Assembly (NCBI GenBank): GCA_026770705.1
Contig: JANJGN010000006.1
Span: 72,540,001-72,604,000, forward strand
Direction: 5' to 3'
Source: Isurus oxyrinchus
Lineage: Eukaryota
DNA: 64,000 nucleotides
The notes under the pieces were generated by a model. The model saw only the letters and a list, made by a program, of their open reading frames with translations, was not told the DNA's origin and searched no databases. Positions within the stretch are counted from its first letter, which is position 1; the number at the start of each line of letters is the position of its first letter. Positions 26,524 to 39,000 of the stretch are shown piece by piece. The position numbers were made by a program, and so were the translations under genes.

Positions 26524-29228
26524 GGGCAGAATCGTCCCAGATTTGCACTAAGTACAGCAGCGGGTGGGAAAAATGATGTTTTACTCATCAGCTGCAATGG
26601 TGGCTCCTCACACCTTATCGTCCCAAACCCATTGCATTAATTATGCACTCCAGGGAACATGTTGTTTCGATGGCGGGCACGATATCATTCGCCCGTCACA
26701 CCATCACCTTGCCTCTTCATCACGCCAGGCACCACATTTAACGTTCAGCCATATGCATACCTCTCAAAGCTTCCAGCTCAGGGTTGCTGCACAGAAGACA
26801 GGATGGCCCCAAAAGGTAAAAATACTACAGCTCCCCGGTATAGTGATGAATCACTCAAGTGCCTTTTGGAAGCTGTGGAGGTCTGCATGATGTCCTCTAC
26901 CCTTGCTCTGGCTGCAGGATTGGCAACAGCATCACCAATCCAGCTAGGGAGGTGGCGACAGTGGTGGTCAGCGCCAATGCCCTTCAAAAGAGGACAGCCG
27001 TCCAATGCCGGAACAGGATCTCATCTGTTCCGCCAGTGTAAGTCACCCTTCTCATCACTCTCAACTCTTACACTCACAAACCCATCAGACAACCACAGGG
27101 ATCTCTCACCTCAAGGGACAATACCGCTATCTCAGATACACCCTCACATCTCCATCAGGCTCATATCCTCTGGAGCCCGCGTCCTCATCGGTCCATGGCT
27201 CCACTCACCACACAAACATTCCAGTGTCACGTGTCTTTTTCACACTCTCTCCATCTGCTTATATGCAGGAGATGCTGGCTTACATCAGAAAGGAGAGGTC
27301 CCAGACCAGGGATAGAGTAGCCCACATTAGGCCACTCACTCGCTATGAGGAGTGTGCCATCGCACTGACTGGTGAGGATGTGGACCGTGCCTGTGGTGAC
27401 GGTGAGGTCAGCGGTAAATGCCCTCATGAGGATCCTGCACCACATCATCCCATCTCTCAATGCAATTGCCAGTGGTCTCTCTCCTGCTTTTGACTCTGCT
27501 GCCATGCACTAATTATCTCTATTTGGTTCACAGGGAGCTCTGCCAAGCGACCAACACCCTCAGCCAGTCAGTCCCTCAACTCCATCCATGTCCTCACCTC
27601 CATCCAAGAGGACACCTCCTCCATTGAAGAGCTGGAAATAAACAGCCTTTAAGACCCATCACAGTACTTACCCACACCCTCCACCAGCGCAGAGACACAC
27701 ACCTCGGTGGGAACTAGACCTAGAGCAGGCTCGGGTTCACAATCTGGTGGTCACCGCATGGACACGTGTCTGCAGCTGGAGGAGGCAGGTTGAGGCAATC
27801 TCACCAGAGCTCAGAGGGCTGCTGGGGAAGAGGCATCTGTGAAGTCTGAGTCAGTAGAAGGCGGGGAACATCACAAAGAGCTGTTGGAGGCCCTCAACAG
27901 TATGACTCACAGGTTGAAGGATTGCGCCTGCCTGTTCTCTGAGGAGGTGGAGCCAACCAACCACCATCGTTGGCCATTCTACAGATCCCGTTGAACCCTC
28001 ATACTCCCAACCTACTGCCTCACTCTGCCCTCAGTCATTCTCACCATTCCCTCGTACCAACCCACCCTCAATTCCCTCCCCAGGAGGCAGTCTTGGATTC
28101 ATCAGAGCCCTCTCTTACACTTTCAGCTGGACATCTCCCCCCTCCTGGCCCTTTCCTCAGTACCCCTTCCCCCCTTGGAACTCCTTCTCCTCAGAACTCC
28201 TTCCCCTCCCTCAGATTCCCACTACCCATAGTCCTTTACCCCCATCCAGACAGCCCCTTGCTTAGCCCTTCCCCCTTTCTGACTCCTTCATACACATTTA
28301 CTTATTCCGCCACCCTTAGTCCTTTCCCTGTCCCACCTCCTCCCTCCACTCTTACTTCTTCCTCCACCTTACTCCCTCCCCTCTCTGCACTCCTTTCTCC
28401 CCCTCAGACTCCCTCTCCTCTCTGCACTCCTTCCTTCCTCTGTGCTCATTCCCTTCTCTGCAGCTCTTCCTCCCCCTGGACTTCCTCCTCTGCACTCCTT
28501 CCCCCCATCCAATCTCCTTCCCGTACACCTTCTGCCCCTTACACCTACCTCTCCAGTTGCCGTCTTCTCCCCCGTACTCCCTCCCCCTGACCCAACCTCA
28601 CCCCCCGACACCTTTGTTCTCCCCCTCCCAACCTCACCCCCAGACATATTTTCCTCTCCTAGACTTTCCTCTCCCTAGACCTTCCTCTTCCACCACCCCA
28701 GTACACTTTCCCTTCTCAAACACAGCTGGACCTTCCTCTACATCTCCTCAACCATCAACCTGCTGTGAGCAGACCCTCAACAGTGACTTTCCAACTTCTG
28801 TGAGCTTCTTCGCAGTGGAGCCATGTCCATGAGAATCCACCCAGCATGCCATGGACGTTCCTCCAGGATCCCATTCAGGCTCCAGCATCTTCATCTCCTT
28901 GGATGTCTGCAATGTGATCAAGGCCCTGGCTGTAAGTCTCGACTCCTGCATGTCACACTTGCTAAAATGTGTTCTGTACCAGTGTGTTTTCCTGCCGACA
29001 TGGGCGGACGATCTAGCGTGGGGCGATGATCCGGGCAGGCTGGTCTTATAATGATATGCAGATGTATTACAATGAAGTTTCTGATGTCCGATGACAGGAA
29101 ACGTGGCTGAGCAGACGATCACACATTAGCTTCATGATGTCATGAAACTGATAGCTGGCCTTCTCGCCGTATTGTCCGCTCACGCTGCTGAACACGCCTG
29201 AAGCCTGGGGGAACGGAAAAATCTGCCC
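26524..29228 (+). mobile_element. Harbinger-like element with intron-containing Myb/SANT gene (copy 2)
   Basis: gggcagaat..atctgccc TIR with TAT/TAT TSD at 26521-26523 and 29229-29231. Confidence 0.85.
26803..27955 (+). pseudogene. Harbinger Myb/SANT-like DNA-binding protein pseudogene (spliced, frameshifted)
   Basis: ATG 26803 MAPKGKNTTAPRYSDESLKCLLEAVE..VLYP..VVSANALQKRTAVQCR; donor gtaagt 27038; acceptor atgcag 27268; exon 2 EMLAYIRKERSQTRDRVAHIRPLT; further acceptor cacag 27533. Confidence 0.75.
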
Positions 29229-31826
29229 TATATCTTTACCTGGGTGTGTTTTTAGCATAATAAAAACTAATTTCTTTGTGTTTAAATTCAAGAAAGCCTG
29301 TTTGTCTGAGCTCTTTTCAATCAGTCTATAAATTGTTATGTACAGGCACTGAATCAATACCTTCATCCTTATAAATTACAAAAAAGCCCTGTTACAATCA
29401 ATTGAACAGTTAGAAAGGAAGGTTGAATTCTGACACATGTCCTCACTGCCTGTAACAATCTTAGGAATAATTCTCAAATTATGCGTAATGCTGTACTGTT
29501 TAATAACGATCAAAGCTAAATGAGTAAATTCTGATGGTAAATGCACCCCCTCAGTCCTCTGAGTGAATAATGATAGTTTAAAATAAATATTCTCTATCTG
29601 TAAGCAAATATGGTACCTTGTGGCACTTTTCAACAATCTGAGTTAATGGGGAGAAATAACTAACATTAACTGACTTTAATCTGGTAGGAAGGTAGACAGA
29701 TTTACAGCAAAGCATGAGGCCATTTGGTCCATTGTGACTCTGCTGGTGGTGTATGCTATGAACAGCAAGAAAGAATCCAATAAACAATCCATCAAAAACA
29801 AAAATGAGTGCTTGTTCACTTGTCCGTTACTTGCAAAACAATCAAATTCAGAAAAGAATCTTGCATTTCACTGGCAATGCGTTAAAATAAATGGGAGAAA
29901 AGAATTAACCTACAATTTTGTAATCGTGCTTCTGCTGGTGTTAGCAAGGATAATCAGATGCACCTTATCAGGGTACAATATATGGTGATTATGTAAATAT
30001 TTTTAACAAGTAATTTTGGATTTTTCTGTTTTCAGGAAAGCGATATTCTATGAAGTTCAGTTTTGTTTTGGAATACTCTGTTCAGTTGACCCAGTTCAAT
30101 CAAGTTGCATTTAAAATTCAGTCCAGGGAACATATTTCTTCTTTGCCGTGACTCAAAGCTTTTGGCTTACTGACAGATTTTCTTTTCTGCTATGTTGCTT
30201 CACTTTTCCCTCAGCACAATGAAGTTGAAATTTCCAGCTTTTTTAAATTTATTTACTTTTACTGCTTGTAGTCCCAAAGTTTCCAGTGGCATATTTCCGT
30301 GGCATATATTTTTGGTAAAAACTCTAACTATAAATTTACAGTTCACTTTTTGAATTTTTTTAACAACTTCATTCCATTTTTACTTATTCTCTCCATTAGT
30401 CTGCTGCTGAGCACTGGAACCCCATTCAATTAAAATATCTGTTCTTCTTCATAAGATATAAGGTAAACTTTTCAAGACTCTACTCCCATTGCAGAGGTTT
30501 ACTTGATGGGAGAGTGAATGGAAAATTGAACAGAGTTAGTTTGCCTCATTCATTATTCACAACTTTACTTTGCTTAAAATAAATCACTGGACATCCAGAA
30601 TCCCATGTTGGGAGTAAAGGCTCCCAAAATTTGCCTTTATTAGTTGGTTCTTATGACATAGTTGTAAATGATTCCTGTAGTGCAATAGTTTTCCAATAAA
30701 GTATGTATAAGGTCAACTGTAATACGCTCCTGCTACCTGTTTTTAAGTTTACTGCAGGAGATATGGAAATCTCCAGGAGCAATGATGAGTTAATTTTCCT
30801 GTAATTAACACTGAAGGAATGGTTATTTTTCAGGAACTGAGCACAGGAAACAGGGCAGTGGCCTTTAATCCTAAGCCTTCATCCTTGATGTTACTCCAGA
30901 ATTCACAGAGGTTTCCCCTAAGGACAGCTGATGACTGCTTGCACCTGCAATTTTTACAGATTGGAGCAATCAATCAGATAAGGCAGGATGGAGCATGCAA
31001 GGCCTTCCACTTCCGTTGCATCCCGGTGCCCAGTTGAGAGTCTCCTGAAGGAGCACACCTTAACAACCTATGCTCAGCCCCAACCTTCAGGGATATTTGG
31101 CTGCTGTCTTTGAAGTTTACATCAGCAATTAACTTTCGCCTCTACATCCAGGCGTTAGTCCCTGCCAAATTGCGAGGCTATACCAGCACAATCAACAAGT
31201 CCATCACATTTGTGTGTCCTGAGGTTTGGACAATGTAGTAAATTTCTGGCCTGCTGATTTAAAAATTCATTGGTGATATGCCAGTTTCACAGATGTAATA
31301 CAAGCGCTTAAGTGTCCAGTACGGCAGACAGTGTGCACACAAATATTCAGCACTGGAGGTGGCTGTCAGTCATTTTGGGAAAGATTCCTTTGTAAAAGGA
31401 GCCTGAGCTTGGCCATAGTGGATTTGCATATGCAAATAGGGGGCTTAACGCTTGTTCCTGACTGCCTTAACAAAATTTGTCTGTGACTGACCACAACCTG
31501 AGCTGTACAGACTGTGGCCAATATTCTCTGGCACTGGAAAGTTGAACTAACAGCCCTTAAAGAGACTTTTCTTCCCCAAAAATATACTTTGTTCATAAAA
31601 TTTTTAAAAGCACATTACAAAACATTCTGATTTCAAAATTATAGAAAGTGCAATAAAATTCGACTTGTCTCCATACAGCATGTTGCACTCTGAGATGCTT
31701 CAATACAATTTCAATACTCTTGATATTCACAATAAACATTCAATGTCAGGCATATAGCCTGCGGGACAAAAACAGAATTACCTGGAAAAACTCAGCAGGT
31801 CTGGCAGCATCGGCGGAGAAGAAAAG

Positions 31827-31865
31827 AATTGACATTTCGAGTCCTCATGACCCTTCGACGGAACT
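31827..31865 (-). ncRNA. Hammerhead ribozyme-like motif (variant core)
   Basis: Reverse complement agttccgtcgaagggtcatgaggactcgaaatgtcaatt; mirror of 35106-35144. Confidence 0.55.
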
Positions 31866-32271
31866 AGGTGAATCCAAGGAATGGGTGAAATATAAGCTGG
31901 TTTAAGGTGTGTGTGTGTGTGTGTGGGGGGGGGGTGTTTGGGTGGGGGGGAGAGAAGTGGAGGGGGTGGTGTGGTTGTAGGGACAAACAAGCAGTGATAG
32001 AAGCAGATCATCAAAAGATGTCACAGACAACAAAACAAAAGAACACATAGGTGTCGAAGTTGGTGATATTATCTAAATGAATGTGCTAATTAAGAATGGA
32101 TGGTAGGGCACTCAAGGTATAGCTCTAGTGGGGGTGGGGGAGCATAAAAGATTTAAAAATATTTAAAAATAATGGAAATAGGTGGGAAAAAGAAAAATCT
32201 ATATAATATATTGGAAAAAAACAAAAGGAAGGGGGAAGAAACAGAAAGGGGGTAGGGATGGAGGAGGGAGG

Positions 32272-33875
32272 TCAAGACCTAAAGTTGTTGAATTCAATAC
32301 TCAGTCCAGAAGGCTGTAAAGTGCCTAGTTGGAAGATGAGGTGTTGTTCCTCCAGTTTGTGTTGGGCTTCACTGGAACAATGCCGCAAGACAAGGACAGA
32401 CATGTGGGCAAGAGAGCAGGGTGGAGTGTTGAAATGGCAAGCGACAGGGAGGTTTGGGTCATTCTTGCGGACAGACCGCAGGTGTTCTGCAAAGCGGTCG
32501 CCCAGTTTACGTTTGGTCTCCCCAATATAGAGGAGACCACATTGGGAGCAACGAATGCAGTAGACTAAGTTGGGGGAAATGCAAGTGAAATGTTGCTTCA
32601 CTTGAAAGGAGTGTTTGGGCCCTTGGACAGTGAGGAGAGAGGAAGTGAAGGGGCAGGTGTTACATCTTTTACGTGGGCATGGGGTGGTGCCATAGGTGGG
32701 GGCTGAGGAGTAGGGGGTGATGGAGGAGTGGACCAGGGTGTCGCGGAGAGAACAATCCCTACGGAATGCCGACAGTGGGGGTGAAGGGAAGATGTGTTTG
32801 GTAGTGGCATCATGCTGGAGTTGGCGGAAATGGCGGAGGATGATCCTTTGAATGCGGAGGCTGGTGGGGTGATAAGTGAGGACAAGGGGGACCCTATCAT
32901 GTTTCTGGGAGGGAGGAGAATGCATGAGGGCGGATGCGCGGGGGATGGGCCGGACACGGTTGAGGGCCCTGTCAACGACCGTGGGTGGAAAACCTCGGTT
33001 AAGGAAGAAGGAGGACATGTCAGAGGAATTGTTTTTGAAGGTAGAATCATCGGAACAGATGCGACGGAGGCGAAGGAACTGAGAGAACGGGATGGAGTCC
33101 TTACAGGAAGCGGGGTGTGAGGAGCTGTAGTCAAGGTAGCTGTGGGAGTTGGTAGGCTTGTAATGGATATTGGTGGACAGTCTATCACCAGAGATTGAGA
33201 CAGCGAGGTCAAGGAAGGGAAGGGAAGTGTCAGAGATGGACCACGTGATAATGATGGAGGGGTGGAGATTGGAAGCAAAATTAATAAATTTTTCCAAGTC
33301 CCGACGAGAGCACGAAGCAGCACCGAAGTAATCATCGATGTACCGGAGAAAGAGTTGTGGGAGGGGGCCGGAGTAGGACTGGAACAAGGAATATTCCACA
33401 TACCCCATAAAGAGACAGGCATAGCTGGGGCCCTTGTGGGTACCCATAGCCACACCTTTTATTTGGAGGAAGTGAGAGGAGTTGAAGGAGAAATTGTTCA
33501 GTGCGAGAACAAGTTCAGCCAGACGGAGGAGAGTAGTGGTGGATGGGGATTGTTCAGGCCTCTGTTCGAGGAAGAAGCTAAGGGCCTTCAGACCATCCTG
33601 GTGGGGGATGGAGGTGTAGAGGGATTGGACGTCCATGGTGAAGAGGAAGCGGTTGGGACCAGGGAACTGGAAATTGTTGAAGTGGCGTAAGGTGTCAGAG
33701 GAATCACGGATGTAGGTGGGAAGGGACTGGACAAGGGGAGAGAGAAGGGAGTCAAGACAATGAGAAATGAGTTCTGTGGGGCAGGAGCAAGCTATCACGA
33801 TTGGTCTACCGGGACAGTTCTGTTTGTGGATTTTGGGTAGGAGGTAGAAGCGGGCCGTCTGAGCTTGGGCGACTA
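32272..33875 (-). CDS. Penelope reverse transcriptase + GIY-YIG endonuclease (5'-truncated, uninterrupted frame)
   Basis: RFYLLPKIHK..PGRPIV..TMDVQSLYTSIP..GVAMG..RYIDD..FLD; C-terminal VYCIRCSQCGLLYIGETKRKLGDRFAEHL; the ORF-track start codon lies across the inversion junction. Confidence 0.9.
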
Positions 33876-35105
33876 GCTTCCTCTTTACCATGGATGTCCA
33901 ATCCCTCTACACCTCCATCCCCCACCAGGATGGTCTGATGCTACCTTCAAAAACAGTTCCTCTGACATGTCCTCCTTCTTCCTTAACCGAGGTTTTCCAC
34001 CCACGGTCGTTGACAGGGCCCTCGACTGTGTCCGGCCCATCTCCCGCGCATCCGCCCTCACGCCTTCTCCTCCCTCCCAGAAACATGATAGGGTCCCCCT
34101 TGTCCTCACTAATCACCCCACCAGCCTCCGCATTCAAAGGATCATCCTCTGCCATTTCCGCCAACTCCAGCATGATGCCACTACCAAACACATCTTCCCT
34201 TCACCCCCACTGTCGGCATTCCGTAGGGATTGTTCCCTCCGGGACACCCTGGTCCACTCCTCCAACACCCCCTACTCCTCAGCCCCCACCTATGGCACCA
34301 CCCCATGGCCACGCAAAAGATTTAACACCTGCCCCTTCACTTCCTCTCTCCTCACCGTCCAAGGGCCCAAACACTCCTTTCAAGTGAAGCAACATTTCAC
34401 TTGCATTTCCCCCAACTTAGTCTACTGCATTTGTTGCTCCCAATGTGGTCTCCTCTACATTGGGGAGACCAAACGTAACTGGGCGACCACTTTGCAGAAC
34501 ACCTGCGGTCTGTCCGCAAGAATGACCCAAACCTCCCTGTCGCTTGCCATTTCAACACTCCACCCTGCTCTCTTGCCCACATGTCTGTCCTTGTCTTGCG
34601 GCATTGTTCCAGTGAAGCCCAACGCAAACTGGAGGAACAACACCTCATCTTCCGACTAGGCACTTTACAGCCTTCCGGACTGAATATTGAATTCAACAAC
34701 TTTAGGTCTTGACCTCCCTCCTCTATCCCCACCCCCTTTCTGTTTCTTTCCCCTTCCTTTTGTTTTATTCCAATAAATGATATAGATTTTTCTTTTTCCC
34801 ACCTATTTCCATTATTTTTAAATATTTTTAAATCTTTTATGCTCCCCCACCCGCACTAGAGCTATACCTTGAGTGTCCTACCATCCATTCTTAATTAGAA
34901 CATTCATTTAGATAATATCACCAACTTTGACACCTATGTGTTCTTTTGTTCTGTTGTCTGTGACATCTTTTGATGATCTGCTTCTATCACTGCTTGTTTG
35001 TCCCTACAACCACACCACCCCCCTCCACTTCTCTCCCCCGACCCAAACCCCCCCTCCCCTCCACCTTAAACCATCTTATATTTCACCCGTTCCTTGGATT
35101 CACTT

Positions 35106-35144
35106 AGTTCCGTCGAAGGGTCATGAGGACTCGAAACGTCAACT
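35106..35144 (+). ncRNA. Minimal type I hammerhead ribozyme-like motif (variant core)
   Basis: AGUU-CCGUCGA-A-GGGUC-augag-GACUC-GAAAC-GUC-AACU: stem I, stem II, GAAA and GUC site present; core deviates from CUGANGA at two positions. Confidence 0.6.
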
Positions 35145-35809
35145 CTTTTCTTCTCTGCCGATGCTGCCAGACCTGCTGAGTTTTTCCAGGTAATTCTGTT
35201 TTTGTTTTGGATTTCCAGCCTCCGCAGTTTTTTGTTTTTATATAGCCTGCGGGATTCTACAAACAGTCCTTATGAGACTATGAGAGGCAGTCTCTTGAAG
35301 GTAAGTTTATATCATTTTTAATTACCTTATTGTCAACCCAGAGTGCTCTTTTCTGCTTCACAGTAATTTTGCAGGTTGCTGCTGGTCAACACTCATGTTA
35401 CTTACCACCTTGGCTGGTGGCAGTTGGCAGATTTATATTCTTCCTGAAACTGGCAAGCTGCATCTGGGTCAATGACTGGCACTCAGCAGAAGCAAACAGT
35501 TGGGGTTGATTGACCATTTTTGCATGATTCTACCATCAACATCATTGGGCACATTCCGTTGCATTGCACAAGAATTGCACACCAACCCTGCTGCAATCCA
35601 ATTTCCAGGCTTCTGTTTCTCTCCAGCACTCAAGATGGGGTGGAGATGGTACAGGAAAATCAGCACCACAATCTGGGAAATATGCCTGTATGCCCAAAGA
35701 TATTCTGGCGAATTCTTCAATCTAATATTGCTGGACATTTTATTCATCCTGACTGGCCTTATTAAAAAATATGAAAGTAACAGCTCACATTAAATGTCTT
35801 TCAATAGAC

Positions 35810-36007
35810 CAACAACAACTGCTACTTATGTATGTATGTCTTTAGCATAATGACACATTCCAAGGCACTTCACAGGAGCATTATAAAACAACGTATGACG
35901 CTGAGTTATAAGGAGGTATTTGGTCAGATGACCTAAAGCTTGGTCAAAGAGGTAGGTTATAGAGAGCTTCTTAAAGGAGGAAAGTGATTTTTAGAGGTGT
36001 AGGGAGG
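35810..36007 (-). mobile_element. L2 LINE 3' end (continues at 40220)
   Basis: caacaacaac tail, caaggcacttcacagg, ggtcagatgacctaaagcttggtcaaagaggtagg typical of L2 3' region; split by the Gypsy. Confidence 0.75.
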
Positions 36008-39000
36008 TGTAATAAACTTTGGGATGCAGAGCAGGTTTCTTATAAGAAACAGTAAACTTTATTTACAGATTCCAGATGAGTCTTCGTACTTGGTCCAAGA
36101 CCAGGACTAAAAAACTCCGCTCCTAAGATTCCACTGCATTTAGGGATGATTAGTCTATACAGCCACATGATCCCCATAACAGTAAGAAATGGTTTAACTT
36201 ATAATTACTACATTCCTCCCCCTTTAATTTTGTTTTACCCTCTTATTTACAAAAATATCTTAACCCATATTAAATACAATTATGTACAGTTCATGCAATT
36301 ATAGATTTAGTCTTCGAGGAGGTTTTTGGATTTGGATAGAGCGACAAAACTCTACAACTAGAGGTTCTTCCATTGGATCAACTTGAACAGGAGCTGCAGC
36401 TTCAGAGACATCCCTAGTCAATGGCAGTTCAGAATTATTTACTTCAACAGGGACTTCTGGCATGTCTATTCTTTGTCAATCTGGCACCTCAGGAGTCAGT
36501 TTCGGCTTCAGGTGGATTAATTGGTTGTTGGAAGGTTTAAGATGATCCACATATTTCCTAACAATCCTGTTTTCCACTTCAACTTGATAAGGTAAAGGTC
36601 CTGTTCCAGAGAAGATTGTACCAGGGACCCATTTCGGTCCAGTTGCAAAATTTCATACAAAAACTGTCTCTCCCACAGTAAACTCTTGACCTTTACTGTG
36701 AACGTCATGATTCACTTTCTGACTACCCTGGTTTCTCCCCACTTCCCCTCTAAATTAGGGAATACTACAGTCAATCTTGAATGAAGTCAATGCTTCATTA
36801 ACAACTCTGAAGGTGTTAAACCAGTGGTCGCGTGCAGAGTTGTGTGATAGCTGAACAGGAATCCCGAAATTCACATTTATAATGTTCCCTCTGATAATTT
36901 CTTCATGCCTGTTTTACTGCTCTTTCTGCTAACCCATTAGAAGAGGGATGGTACGATGCTGTTCTGACGTGTTTAATCCCATTTAGGTTCAGGAATCTTT
37001 GGAATTCAGTGCTAGTGAAAGCCATACAATTATCTGACATGATAACTTCGGGTAAACCAGAAATACTTAAACTCTGGCACAGTTTTTCAATGGTTGCAGA
37101 CGAAGTAGGTGATCTCACCTCAAACGCGTCCATCCATTTGGAATGTGCATCGATTATCACAAGAAACATGTTACCTAAAAATGGACCTACATAATCTATA
37201 TGTAGTCTAACCCAGGGTCGACCAGGCCACTCTCTCGGATGCAGGGGAGTTGAAAAAGGCAACTTCTGCTATTGCTGACACTGGAGACAGTGTTTAACCA
37301 TTTATTCTATATTAGTGTCTGTACCTAGCCACCAGATATAAATTTGTGCAAGCATCTTCATTTTTGAAATACCAGGGTGTGCACTATGAAGTTCATCTAA
37401 TAATGGTTCTCTTCCTTGGACAGGGTCAACGACTCTTGCTCCCATAACAAGATGCCATCTTGACAACTCAGTTTGGATCTACATACAAAGAATGGTTTCA
37501 ATTCTTCAGGAACTTGTGTATTTGACCACCCTTGTAATACTCGTTCGCGGACACTTGCTAAAATTGGATCCCTATTTGAACAATTCTTTAACTGTCTTGT
37601 GCAGACTGGTGAGGAGCCTAGGACCTTCAATGCAAGTACTATCTCTTGAGGTACTGGAACATGTGTAATACTATCTGGCAAAGAGAGATGACTGAGGGCA
37701 TCTGCATTTGCTATATGTGCACCAGAACGGTGCATAAAAGTGTACTTGTATGCCAATAAATTTAAAGCTCATTTTTGAATTCTAGCAGAGGCTATCGTTG
37801 GGATTGCCTCATCTTCACTAAACAACCCTAACAGTGATTTGTGATCTGACACTATGGTGGAGATCAAATATTGATGGAACTGTTTTACTCCAAATAGGAT
37901 AGATAAGCCCTTTTTTCAATCTGTGAATATCCTTTCTCCACTGCAGAAAAGGTTCTGGACACATATCCTGTAGGCTTTTCAGATTTCATTTCTGTTGTTT
38001 TTCTTGTGTTAGCCACAAGGTTTCATCTCATCTTTCATTTTGATTTTGCATTCGGCCACATTTCTCTCGGGTGAAATCTTAACTTGTTTCAATTCGGGGG
38101 TTGAGTTATTCATTTGCATCTTGGAAAGTTCCATGATTTTTCCTCCTAATGCCTCCTTTGTCTCGATCAACCAATTCCTCAGTTCTTCTGTCTCTCTTTT
38201 GTAACTATTGGCTTCCGCTTGGAACACCAAACACTTGGTTTTTTTCTTCAACCGTTTCTTCAGTTGGTTCAGATGGCACTGGATTTGTTTTGCTTCTTTC
38301 CCTGATTTTCCCATGGAACCAACTCTGACCTGAGGGATCCTTGCTTCCTGTGAAGGTCCTTTGTTTTTTCTATCTCATTCCAAAAGACACCATCACATTC
38401 CCTTGTCAATTTCTGCTCCTGAACTGAGAAATTTCTGACCAAGTTAGCTTGATTTCTTTCAACCAATCATGGCCTAGAGACTTGGTCCTTCTCCTGTTAT
38501 TGGTAGCTGGGCTGTCTGTTGCCTGAATATTACAGGTCCTGAGGTAATGCCTTTCACCTGTATTGCTTCTCCTGTTTATGTTTTTAACTGAGCAGCCGTT
38601 TTCTCAAAACTCAATGGCTGGGTACCTTCTCTGAGATATTTAAAGATGTGTTCTCCCGCCACTGTGGTCGATGCGCCTGTGTCAACTTCCCTGAGCAGAG
38701 GCTTTCCATTTACTTGAAGTGTAACAGTTTTCCTGGCCTTCAGATGGTGTAGGAAATAAACATCAGCGCTCAGTAACTTCTGACTCATCTATATTGTGCA
38801 CTTCATTTAACTTGACTTGTTGTCTGAATGGCTGCCTTGATTGAGTCCTGTAGTGTTTAACAACATGCCCTTTTTTGTGCCAGTAGTGGCATTCTGCCTC
38901 TTTAAATCTACAAACTTCGGGTACATGATTTCCCCCACAACAGTAACACTTTAAATTCTGGATTACTGGTGAGCTGATTCGAGCATTTCTTTTTGCTTTT

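Larger units (their letters stand above)
25655..29457 (+). mobile_element. Probable solo LTR interrupted by a Harbinger-like element
   Basis: Starts tgttaca, ends tgtaaca (inverted termini); aataaa near 29260; motifs resemble LTR 57094-58149; no TSD found. Confidence 0.55.
31767..35239. mobile_element. Penelope-like retroelement, head-to-head inverted structure, 15-bp TSD
   Basis: atatagcctgcggga at 31752-31766 and 35240-35254; left arm on - strand, right arm on + strand, junction near 33875. Confidence 0.95.

Noticed and set aside
27970-28832. Long Pro/Ser-rich ORFs (also 43760-44500, 12068-12492)
   Set aside because: By-products of C-rich/G-rich low-complexity sequence lacking stop codons
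32598-33690. Overlapping alternative-frame and antisense ORFs in the Penelope elements
   Set aside because: Shadow ORFs of a GC-rich RT frame with no independent motifs
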